Shown here piece after piece: positions 55,781-64,000 of a DNA stretch of 64,000 nucleotides; positions within the stretch are counted from its first letter, which is position 1, and each line of letters begins with the position of its first letter. The notes below the pieces were generated by a model. That model was not told the origin of the DNA and made no database searches. It was given only the letters and a program-made list of their open reading frames with translations. This stretch comes from a virus, in IMG/VR virus record IMGVR_UViG_3300006147_000011. One strand, 5' to 3'. The translations under genes and the position numbers were made by a program.

Positions 55781-56215
55781 TCACACCTTCAAAGTATCAA
55801 ACGAGCCGTATCTGAATGAGTACGTGTTGATCTTGCCTCTATACTCTTGCTCTAATCCGTCACGCAAAGTTCTTATTTCTTTAAGCAGGTTTGCAGGAGA
55901 ATACGATGTATAATCTTTGTTGTGTATCATATTCTTCAGATGCTGTCTATTCAACGCTTGTGCGCTTAACCAGTGGAACGCTATTCCAAGCGAGAGTATC
56001 TCTATAACCTCATTGTCCAGCTCGATGTTAAACTGTTCATTTTCCAAATCGTAATCATTCAAATCTAATTTACAAGAGTGTTGAAAATCGACAATTGATG
56101 ATAGAAGATATTTCTGAAGCACAGCCTCTTTTAAGTCAGTGCAGGTGTTAATGAATGAATAGTCAGTGAACTTAAACAACGCCCTTCCGTAAATCTCCTC
56201 AAACTTTGTAGGCAT
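55781..56215 (-). CDS. hypothetical head-tail connector protein
   Basis: Positional. Confidence 0.35.
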   Translation of the reverse strand: MPTKFEEIYGRALFKFTDYSFINTCTDLKEAVLQKYLLSSIVDFQHSCKLDLNDYDLENEQFNIELDNEVIEILSLGIAFHWLSAQALNRQHLKNMIHNKDYTSYSPANLLKEIRTLRDGLEQEYRGKINTYSFRYGSFDTLKV

Positions 56216-56226
56216 ATTTCACCCCT

Positions 56227-56814
56227 TTAATCGTTTACTTGAAGCTCACACCCAAGAGCCTTTTCAAATGCCTTTATCTTGCGACGAGAATCGAGCGTAC
56301 CGTCCTTAATAAATCCGTTGAGAGCAACTACAAGATTTTGTCTTGCGCCGTCGGTCAATGTTGAAACCTTTTCCGCGATCTCACCATCTGTCCAACTGCA
56401 AGCCTCGTCAAAGGTTGTGGGGTCGATAAAGTTCTTGTAATAAGTTTCGATAGCAAGAGCCTTATAGATATCTGCCGGTTTTGCTTTGCAATCCGAATCG
56501 TCCGACACGCCGACGATAACTATCCACTGGTTTTTGAAATAGCCTACGTCTTGTGCCTTCATAGTTTTGAGGTCTGACATCGACATGAATTGTATATCGC
56601 CGATATGTTCCCAAACAAAAGTCTCTTGGCTTCTTGGATTTTTGTAGCATAACACGCCGTAGAATCCGCTCTTAACTTTTATAGAAACGCCGTCCTCGAT
56701 CTTTACTGGTCTTGGCTGTGTTTTAGTGTTTTTTGTTTCTTCTGACATTCCCTTGTTCTCCTTATTTTTCAAAATTAAAAATGGGCAAGCGCATACTAAT
56801 ACACGCCTGCCCAC
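56227..56814 (-). CDS. hypothetical structural protein (195 aa)
   Basis: Positional. Confidence 0.35.
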   Translation of the reverse strand: MGRRVLVCACPFLILKNKENKGMSEETKNTKTQPRPVKIEDGVSIKVKSGFYGVLCYKNPRSQETFVWEHIGDIQFMSMSDLKTMKAQDVGYFKNQWIVIVGVSDDSDCKAKPADIYKALAIETYYKNFIDPTTFDEACSWTDGEIAEKVSTLTDGARQNLVVALNGFIKDGTLDSRRKIKAFEKALGCELQVND

Positions 56815-56831
56815 TTATTTTATCGTTCAGA

Positions 56832-57827
56832 TTAGGCGCTGAACGTGAATACGCCCATAGCTTCCGCGCACGCTACGCCGACGCCCATAGGCTGACCGTA
56901 AACATACTCTTTCGTCAAGTCTTGGTTATCCGTAGCTTCGCCCTCAATCATGAGACCTTCGCCTTCGTTAACCACCTTAACGGGTTTATCGCCGCCTGCG
57001 ATAATGAAGAGTTTGCTGTCGTTCATAGCGAACTTGGTAGTTCCAGGTTTGTGAACCTGTCTTAACGCAATCATTTCGTTGCCGTTAAACTTGCCGAAGT
57101 AGCCCATATTGTAAAGGTCACTCTTTGCTTCGTCGGACACAACCGCATTGGGAACCTTGCGAAGAGCCGCCTTCGTTCCGTAAATGCGGGCGGTTTTACC
57201 GGTAGCCGCCTCGATGTGCGCAATGAGTTCCAAAAGCTTGTCCTCTGCGCCCGCCACGTTGGCTGCCACTACGTAGTCTGCGTTAAGACCAACGGTATCC
57301 GTTGCGATAGCGTCGATAGCCTTGTAAGCGTCCGCAAGGATTTGCTGTTTGAAAGATTTTGCAAGACGGTCAACGAAGGTATCGAACGAGATACGTCCCG
57401 CAAGCAAGCGATTCAGTTCCTCGTACACGCGAGCAATCTTCATAGAAGTTTTAACGGTCACTTTTTGCGACTCGTCAATTCTTTGACGTCTCACGCCCTT
57501 GATGCCGGCAGCCGCGTCCGCAACGGCGAACAGAGAATTACCTTCAACCTCGAACTCCTGTTCGTCGCCGTCCGCGATATTTCTGTAGTCCACAAGCGAG
57601 AAGATAACGTCTTCGTCTTTGAACCCTTCGTCGATTATCGTAGGAATGAGTTCCTCGATAAGCGCATAAACCTGACTTCCGCGATAGAAGTTCTTGATGT
57701 TGATTTTGTTCGAGCCGCCGTTCGCCTCGATAAGCGCATTACGGATGGCGTCGGAAGTTTGACCCTTGGTATAATTTTCTTGATATGTACCTTTAACGGC
57801 ATCAATCATAACTTGTAAAAGTTCCAT
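56832..57827 (-). CDS. major capsid protein
   Basis: 331 aa, position between the scaffold/decoration gene and connector genes; RBS AAGGAG. Confidence 0.55.
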   Translation of the reverse strand: MELLQVMIDAVKGTYQENYTKGQTSDAIRNALIEANGGSNKINIKNFYRGSQVYALIEELIPTIIDEGFKDEDVIFSLVDYRNIADGDEQEFEVEGNSLFAVADAAAGIKGVRRQRIDESQKVTVKTSMKIARVYEELNRLLAGRISFDTFVDRLAKSFKQQILADAYKAIDAIATDTVGLNADYVVAANVAGAEDKLLELIAHIEAATGKTARIYGTKAALRKVPNAVVSDEAKSDLYNMGYFGKFNGNEMIALRQVHKPGTTKFAMNDSKLFIIAGGDKPVKVVNEGEGLMIEGEATDNQDLTKEYVYGQPMGVGVACAEAMGVFTFSA

Positions 57828-57862
57828 TATATGTTTTCTCCTTTCCTTATTTTAATTTTTTC

Positions 57863-58342
57863 TTAGGCTACTTCGATAACAAAATAATTGCCTTCGATAG
57901 CCATGACTTTGCCGACCGTGGTAGAGCCGCTTGTTGCAGTTTTCACGACCTTAAGCTTCGTGCCAGCCTGCGCTTCGACAACCGAACCCACAGCCGCTTC
58001 GCCGTCGAGTGCTTCTTTGGATACCGAGAAGATATCGCCGGAAGTCAAACGGTAGCAACGGATTGCTTCGCCCTTTTTGTTGGTAAATTCGCCCAAGCCG
58101 TAGTAGGTCTTGTCCTTAACAACCTCTGGAGTTGCGACAAGATACAAGTCGCGAAGTTTTGTAGTGGCGGTAGGCGCCGTAGCCTTTCTGAGTTCTCTTT
58201 CTCCTTCAAGATAATCGCCGAGCGTAACGATGTTTCCGTTTTCGATTTCTGCCTCTTCGCTGCCTTTGTAGAATTTTGCAGAAGCGAGGTCTTTAGCAAC
58301 AACTGTTCCCGACATATTATCGGTTCTTACATAAGCGTACAT
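57863..58342 (-). CDS. head decoration / scaffold-like protein
   Basis: 159-aa ORF directly upstream of the capsid gene (positional). Confidence 0.35.
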   Translation of the reverse strand: MYAYVRTDNMSGTVVAKDLASAKFYKGSEEAEIENGNIVTLGDYLEGERELRKATAPTATTKLRDLYLVATPEVVKDKTYYGLGEFTNKKGEAIRCYRLTSGDIFSVSKEALDGEAAVGSVVEAQAGTKLKVVKTATSGSTTVGKVMAIEGNYFVIEVA

Positions 58343-58366
58343 ATTTGTTTCTCCTTATTCCTTAAT

Positions 58367-60025
58367 TTATTTTTTATTTGGAGCAAGATATTTCGACATG
58401 AATTCGTCATACTCGCTCTGCTTTGATTTTGCTTCAAATCCAACGGGAATGCGCACTTTGTCAAGGGATTTCTTTTCGATATTCCCCGCATTCTTTCCGC
58501 GAATCGCATAAAGTTTTTCGGTTAAAGCCTCAACGCTTTCAAACGTCATAGCGTCTTTAACCACCGCCTTATATTCGTCAATTTCTCCAAGATCGGAGAA
58601 CTCCGAAATAACTGCGGCATATGATTGTCTTTTGTCTTCTTCCAGTCTATCGGCTTTGTACTGCACAAGTTCCGCAAGTTGCGCCTTATCCGCCGTGAGT
58701 TTATCTTCGTCTGCCTTAGTCAGCCAAACCTGTCTTACTTTTTCGTTGCGTGCCATATCAAGTACGGCTTTATCATCAGCAAAAGCATAGGGAATTCTTA
58801 TCATTCCTCTTTCTTCTGCAATATCGACGCCGGCAAAATGGAAACAAGAGTAGACATAAGTGTCATCGAAATCAACAAGACAATACCATATGTAGGATTT
58901 TTCGTCGTGCATCTCATAAGCTCCGAGAGCTTTATATAAAGCATCGCGTTTTTCCTCATAAGTAAGCTCAACCGAGAACTTCAAAGGTTCATTAGTAGCG
59001 GGTTCTCCTGTAGAGTTTTCGCCATTTTCTGTGAATGTCTCTGGTTCTTGTGCAGGTTCGTTAGCACCAGCGTCCTCGCCGGTAGCCACATCATTATCTT
59101 CGGGTTCTCCACCCTCCGCCGATGTATCTGCTTGATTGTCTTGGGAATAAAGTTCCTTGATTTTCTCCCTTAATTCATCTTCCGTCATCTCTTCCGCAAC
59201 TTCAAAAGATAAAACAGTGTCTTCGGCTAAACCGAATTCGAGTAAAATCTTTTTGATAGTTTCAGTGTTCAATGCTTTTTTTCCTCCTTTCACGACGTCA
59301 ACCGCCGAATAACTTTTTGCCAACTGTTCCTTAAATTCCGTAAACAGCTCAAGCCAATTTCCCTCGTCGGAGAATTTATATGGCTCAACCCTCGCAGACT
59401 TAAAACATGGCACCACGTTCTTGGTTGCATCATCGCTCTTACCAAGCAAACATAATGCGGAGAATTGGAATTTGTTTACTTCCAATCCCTCTGGTGTCTT
59501 CTTTGTATCAGAAGGCAAAATCTCCATACTTTGAGCAAAATAGATATCCTCATCGTAACGTGCGTCAAGCAATTCAGGGTATCTGCCCGTCCAAAGAATT
59601 ATGTCTGCAACCAAATAGGTGTTTTTAGTACCGTCTGCTTCTTCCACTTCTTCATAGTGGACATTGTCTTGCTGTGGAACTGTACCATACGGAACAGTAA
59701 CCGATGTGAATTTATATTTACCGTCGGCATCTTTCTCAAGTATTATATCGTGACCGCCGAGACGGATAACGCCGTCTTCGTCCATATATAAATGTCCTAC
59801 AACCGGAATGTTAAATAACGTAGGCAAAGCATCATCGACAGCTTCTTTCGAGATGATTGTCTTGTTGACATTTTTACCAAGCGCCATTACATAACACTTA
59901 CACAGTGTCAGTTGGTCGTTGATAGGTTTGACAGGCTTAATCTTAGCTTTGAACGTAATTTCTATAAGTTTCTTTTCCATTAGCCTATCCTCCTCAGAAA
60001 AATAACGAGCCATCTTGAACGACAA
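58367..60025 (-). CDS. prohead protease fused to acidic scaffold-like C-terminal region (tentative)
   Basis: N-terminal protease-like block, very acidic middle (EGGEPEDNDVATGEDAGANEPAQEPE), coiled-coil C-terminus; position between portal and capsid. Confidence 0.4.
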   Translation of the reverse strand: MSFKMARYFSEEDRLMEKKLIEITFKAKIKPVKPINDQLTLCKCYVMALGKNVNKTIISKEAVDDALPTLFNIPVVGHLYMDEDGVIRLGGHDIILEKDADGKYKFTSVTVPYGTVPQQDNVHYEEVEEADGTKNTYLVADIILWTGRYPELLDARYDEDIYFAQSMEILPSDTKKTPEGLEVNKFQFSALCLLGKSDDATKNVVPCFKSARVEPYKFSDEGNWLELFTEFKEQLAKSYSAVDVVKGGKKALNTETIKKILLEFGLAEDTVLSFEVAEEMTEDELREKIKELYSQDNQADTSAEGGEPEDNDVATGEDAGANEPAQEPETFTENGENSTGEPATNEPLKFSVELTYEEKRDALYKALGAYEMHDEKSYIWYCLVDFDDTYVYSCFHFAGVDIAEERGMIRIPYAFADDKAVLDMARNEKVRQVWLTKADEDKLTADKAQLAELVQYKADRLEEDKRQSYAAVISEFSDLGEIDEYKAVVKDAMTFESVEALTEKLYAIRGKNAGNIEKKSLDKVRIPVGFEAKSKQSEYDEFMSKYLAPNKK

Positions 60026-60221
60026 TTATTGCCTCTTGATAATTTTTCTCCCCACAGAAGCCGCGGATTGCCTCTATAAGTTCTGGAGACTCTTCAAAAC
60101 AATAAACTGTCTGATTGCCGTTAACTTTTTCCTCTATATATGAAAAACCGCCATCACTTAAAGCGTTGGCGATTCTTTCATCAAATAATTTTATGAATTT
60201 TGTGTTCATACTCCACCTCAC
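59994..60221 (-). CDS. small hypothetical protein
   Basis: 75-aa ORF overlapping neighbours. Confidence 0.3.
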   Translation of the reverse strand: MRWSMNTKFIKLFDERIANALSDGGFSYIEEKVNGNQTVYCFEESPELIEAIRGFCGEKNYQEAIIVVQDGSLFF

Positions 60222-61741
60222 CTATTTGCATTTGTATCGTCGTCGCGTGTTGCTTCGCCCGCGTCACCCAAATCATTGTCTGAACTCTTGGGTCTACCGG
60301 CTTCGTCATCACCGCCGCCCGACGTGTATGAAGTTTTCAATGGACGCAATTTATCGAAAGGTATAATTTCACTTTCGATATATGAAAGCCCCTCAATATC
60401 ACACTGTGGAATGCCGAGCGTGGCAGCATATTGTGACTTGCCTATGCCAAACGCAACCGCTTCCTTGTAATATTTCAAATGCTCCTCTTTGTTAAATACT
60501 GTAATAGGTAAAATGGTAATCTTAAATTTCGTTGTACCTGAAAATCCTACCTTCAAGTATCTGTTGATCACTTTCTCGACTTGTTGTACTATTCCGAGAA
60601 CGTATGTCTCATCATTTTTAATAGCCAACTTCGCTACACCGCTTGTATCGTTCTCTCTTCCGTGCAGCAAACCAGATGTACCAGCCGTTGACCAGAAGTT
60701 TGCCACAGCATTAGAAAGATCATCTACATCCGCCACACCGCTTTTATTCTCAAAACTAAATGTTTCAAATTCAAACGGAGACAAAGCGAGACCAACATTG
60801 TCGCCAAGCGCATTCGCTATATGCGCATAATACTTCTGCACAACATCGTCTGGCATTAACTGGTTGCCTTTATCATCTACTGGCACTTTACCCGCAAGCA
60901 TCTTGTAATTCTTTAATTCTGTCGCGGTCTCTTGGAGTGCTTCCGTATTGGCGATTGTGTAAAGCGACGGCATTACTGCCGCAAACGGCGGTATTGTATA
61001 ATCGATTAAGGTGCTATCTGCCTTGATACAAACAGAAATCTCAACTGGAACCTCTTGCCATTGGTCACCCGTAGCGATGTAATTGTTATACATCTTCGTA
61101 AATTCCGCTGGATAAAATTCGAGCTTGCTTGCAATTTTGGTCATATCAACCTTATATAAGAAACTTCCATCGCATATTGATGTGATTCTACAATAATCGG
61201 GGTCTATTTGCTGGATGAAAGCAGAGTTGTTGTCGCTAAGCAAAACGCCATAGAACGCCCCGTCACGTAAGGCGATGAGAATTTCCTCTCTTAGGATAGT
61301 TGGTATATTCATAAGCTCTATCGCTTTTGAAACCTTTCTATACTGCTTAACGAAATTATCTTTTACGGCTTCACCATTAAATCCCAGCGGGGAAATAACG
61401 TAAGCACCGGTATAAAGTCCGGCATAATAATTCAACAACCTGTTGTAGTGCATCGAAGACAAATACATATAGTTCGATGCGTCGCGCAAACTCTTTTCGT
61501 TGGATGAACTCGTTGGTGATTGCAACCACTTGATGATGTTCTCTTTGGTGTAAACAGAATACGAGCGTGATTTTTTTGAAGAAGCATTCTGAGGGTTATA
61601 TGTAATTTGACGCATTAACGCTTTCGCAAAATACAACGGCATTTCAACCATTCTTTGCTGGCTGTTGCGGTTCTGATTGTTTCTTCGATTGTTTGGTCTA
61701 TTGTTGTTTCTGCGACCGCGATTGTCATTTTCTTTCGCCAT
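60218..61741 (-). CDS. portal protein with Arg/Asn-rich N-terminus
   Basis: 507 aa immediately after the large terminase; size and position typical. Confidence 0.6.
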   Translation of the reverse strand: MAKENDNRGRRNNNRPNNRRNNQNRNSQQRMVEMPLYFAKALMRQITYNPQNASSKKSRSYSVYTKENIIKWLQSPTSSSNEKSLRDASNYMYLSSMHYNRLLNYYAGLYTGAYVISPLGFNGEAVKDNFVKQYRKVSKAIELMNIPTILREEILIALRDGAFYGVLLSDNNSAFIQQIDPDYCRITSICDGSFLYKVDMTKIASKLEFYPAEFTKMYNNYIATGDQWQEVPVEISVCIKADSTLIDYTIPPFAAVMPSLYTIANTEALQETATELKNYKMLAGKVPVDDKGNQLMPDDVVQKYYAHIANALGDNVGLALSPFEFETFSFENKSGVADVDDLSNAVANFWSTAGTSGLLHGRENDTSGVAKLAIKNDETYVLGIVQQVEKVINRYLKVGFSGTTKFKITILPITVFNKEEHLKYYKEAVAFGIGKSQYAATLGIPQCDIEGLSYIESEIIPFDKLRPLKTSYTSGGGDDEAGRPKSSDNDLGDAGEATRDDDTNANR

Positions 61742-63519
61742 TACCTTCCTCCTCTATAGTTTCTGCTTATTTTTGGCGCCCTGAATTTTAGCACCAAGTT
61801 TTCTGTATTGTTTTTTGCAGAGAGTGCAATTTCTCTCTCTATGGCTTTCGCTACAAAAATATTGTAGCTTAAGCTACTATATCTATCCTTTCGCATACCA
61901 GATTTTTCTTTGACTCTGATTACATTATTCTTTGTTTCGTATTCCAAATTTACAAGCTCGTTTACGAGTAATGTGGTATGTATATAAGGTAGCTTAAATT
62001 GTAAAGATTCGGGCGTCTGCAACGAAGCATATCCCTTGATAATATTGTGCAGGAACTCGTCCGCATCAAACTCCGAAACCAAGAGCCTAACTTGCCCTTG
62101 TTTCAATGCCTCGCGTAATCCAAGCGCACAAGAGGAGTTAAACTCTGGAGCGCCCTTAACTGCCCAAATCATTTTGGGTGCATTCGGTACGGCGCAACGT
62201 TTTGCTATTTCTTCATCATTACAACAAGACAATGCTCCATATGTGTCGCCTGTCGCTTGATCGTATATATCGCCCATTAGCGCATCGACAACGCCAAGAC
62301 CAAGCCCCGTTCTATCGATAACCAAGTAATCGCAATCAAACTCTGCGAATAACTTACGTATGACAAGAGCCTGCGCCTCAGTTCGCAAGCCCTCGTTGTT
62401 TTCAGTATAGACAATGTTGTTAATATACCTACCCGACGATGTTGGTAACATCTGGTTGATAAAGATCGACGTAGCGTCGTTCTTGTTTTTCCCAGAAGCC
62501 ATCAACGCTATATCGGCAGATAAAATACGTTTTTCGCCCTCTCGTTTTGGAGGTATGCGCAACTGTTTGTCTTGATGTTTGCCAATTATATAGCTCGGAT
62601 AGAATGGATGTTGAATGAGCCGGTTCTTATCTATCTCATCAAAACTGTACAACCCGCTGCTTGCCTGCGACCAGAACAAAGCACACATTTCCATATGGAA
62701 CTGAACTTCGTTAAAGTCGGCTTCCGACATTTCGTCTTCGACCCTCTCTTTATCAAGTAAATTCTCTTTAATGGCAAGCTGATATGGCATTGAGCAACAG
62801 AAGTAACTTCTGCCGCGCATCATTTGGACGACGTAAGATTGAACGTGTTTGTAGCTCCAGTGAGCCTCATACCAACAACTACTTGCATAAAGTTCTTTTG
62901 TTCTCTCAATCGGATAATTTGCATATTCCGGCTTATCCATAAACCCTGGATGTCTTGGCGACGTTAAGAATTTACGGAGGACTGTATCAATAGTGTTTTT
63001 GTCCACCATACGATATTCGTCCACTATGAGTATTGTAGCCCTATTATGTCTTGCCGAGTCTGCGGCAGTAACAACTTTGATTATCGATCCGTTCCTAAAC
63101 CCGACGAATGACTCCGCTTGGTTTGATTTTACTTCCCCTATCTCCATCCGCAAATTTGCAGACATAGGCATAAGTATTGTTTGTATCTTATCTATAATTT
63201 CGATTGCTTGTCCACGTGTTTTCGACGCAAGACAAATAGTCGTACCTGGAAATAGAATACAATAGCAAACACAAAATATCGAAAGTAAAAATGATTTACC
63301 ACCACCACGACTTGCAAGATAAATCGAGTTGACCTTTCTGAACATTTCGTTCAGTATTATCTGTTGGAATTTTTTCAACTTCAAACCAAGATAATCGCGT
63401 GCAAACCTATGCGGATTTGCCCGATAGAACGATGCCCAAGTAGCAACCCCTTCCATCATTCGCTTCTGTTTTTCTCTTTTAATCTCTGCGTCTGTCTGTC
63501 TTTCGGTCGCTACGCTCAT
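61741..63519 (-). CDS. terL: terminase large subunit
   Basis: Walker A ASRGGGKSFLLS, Walker B-like ILIVDEY, C-terminal nuclease-like acidic residues; 592 aa. Confidence 0.8.
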   Translation of the reverse strand: MSVATERQTDAEIKREKQKRMMEGVATWASFYRANPHRFARDYLGLKLKKFQQIILNEMFRKVNSIYLASRGGGKSFLLSIFCVCYCILFPGTTICLASKTRGQAIEIIDKIQTILMPMSANLRMEIGEVKSNQAESFVGFRNGSIIKVVTAADSARHNRATILIVDEYRMVDKNTIDTVLRKFLTSPRHPGFMDKPEYANYPIERTKELYASSCWYEAHWSYKHVQSYVVQMMRGRSYFCCSMPYQLAIKENLLDKERVEDEMSEADFNEVQFHMEMCALFWSQASSGLYSFDEIDKNRLIQHPFYPSYIIGKHQDKQLRIPPKREGEKRILSADIALMASGKNKNDATSIFINQMLPTSSGRYINNIVYTENNEGLRTEAQALVIRKLFAEFDCDYLVIDRTGLGLGVVDALMGDIYDQATGDTYGALSCCNDEEIAKRCAVPNAPKMIWAVKGAPEFNSSCALGLREALKQGQVRLLVSEFDADEFLHNIIKGYASLQTPESLQFKLPYIHTTLLVNELVNLEYETKNNVIRVKEKSGMRKDRYSSLSYNIFVAKAIEREIALSAKNNTENLVLKFRAPKISRNYRGGR

Positions 63520-63872
63520 TCCTTCTTATCTCCTTTGTTGCTATACTTTTCAAGCAAGGATATATCGACCGCATCTTCTTCCCCGTCGTATTCGGGCGGC
63601 TTAACTGTGTATTTCTCCATCTCGCGCCTATACTGTTCTTCGTTATCGTTTTTAATATCAACCAAATGGCAAAGGTGCCCAAAGAAAAATGTATCGATAT
63701 ATTTCTTGATGCCGTCAACGTCTTCCCATTCCGGCTCTGCTTGTGGTAATGGTTTTTCTTGCTCAAATTGCTTGATAAGAGTACCAAACGTGTTTTGTTC
63801 GGCGAGATCATCATTTGCATTTTGACGCGGTTGCAAATTACACGAGGCAAGCAAATCTTGGAAGGCTTTCAT
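63516..63872 (-). CDS. small protein upstream of terL (possible small terminase or accessory)
   Basis: Positional; translationally coupled to terL (4-nt overlap). Confidence 0.3.
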   Translation of the reverse strand: MKAFQDLLASCNLQPRQNANDDLAEQNTFGTLIKQFEQEKPLPQAEPEWEDVDGIKKYIDTFFFGHLCHLVDIKNDNEEQYRREMEKYTVKPPEYDGEEDAVDISLLEKYSNKGDKKE

Positions 63873-64000
63873 TGCTTCGGCTACTTTGCCGCCGCCTTGT
63901 TGAGCTTTTTGGATATTAAGTTGCGATAAGCATATAGTTCTTATCAGCTCCTCTTGCGCCTTGCTTTTACATTCGACACGCGAACGCCAATCTTCTTCTT

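Overview
The window is almost entirely a temperate siphovirus-type phage or prophage genome. The host looks like a low-GC Gram-positive: AGGAG-type ribosome-binding sites and sigma-A-like -35/-10 promoters are common. Left to right: a partial tRNA-Pro(UGG) sits at the window edge. The + strand then carries an NAD+/ADP-ribose counter-defence cluster (PncA-like nicotinamidase, Prs-like kinase, Nampt-like transferase, macro domain, NadE). After it come an SPFH protein, an Rnl2-type RNA ligase broken by a (GAAAA)5 repeat, and a MazEF-like pair. Next is a lysogeny region with two tyrosine recombinases, an excisionase, a PTH2 peptidyl-tRNA hydrolase and a cluster of GTGGACA repeats. Downstream lie a Lar-like anti-restriction protein, a P-loop kinase-NADAR fusion, an HD hydrolase, ERF/SSB-like/Cas4-like recombination genes, a primase-helicase and a DnaE-type polymerase. 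A nucleotide-metabolism block follows (PAPS-reductase-like, divergent ThyX-fold, dNMP kinase, nucleotidase, NrdD/NrdG, dUTPase), then a truncated HsdM-like methylase fragment. The - strand half holds holin-like genes, a complete diversity-generating retroelement (RT, template repeat, Avd, variable-repeat-bearing C-type-lectin target) next to the tail fibres, and the full structural module (fibre/Tal with S74 chaperone, Dit, tape measure, tail, capsid, protease/scaffold, portal, large terminase). The strongest signals are: the retroelement, where all 17 template-to-variable-repeat differences fall on template adenines; the expanded NARP1-like NAD+ reconstitution cluster; the kinase-NADAR fusion; and the pentanucleotide-repeat frameshift in the RNA ligase.
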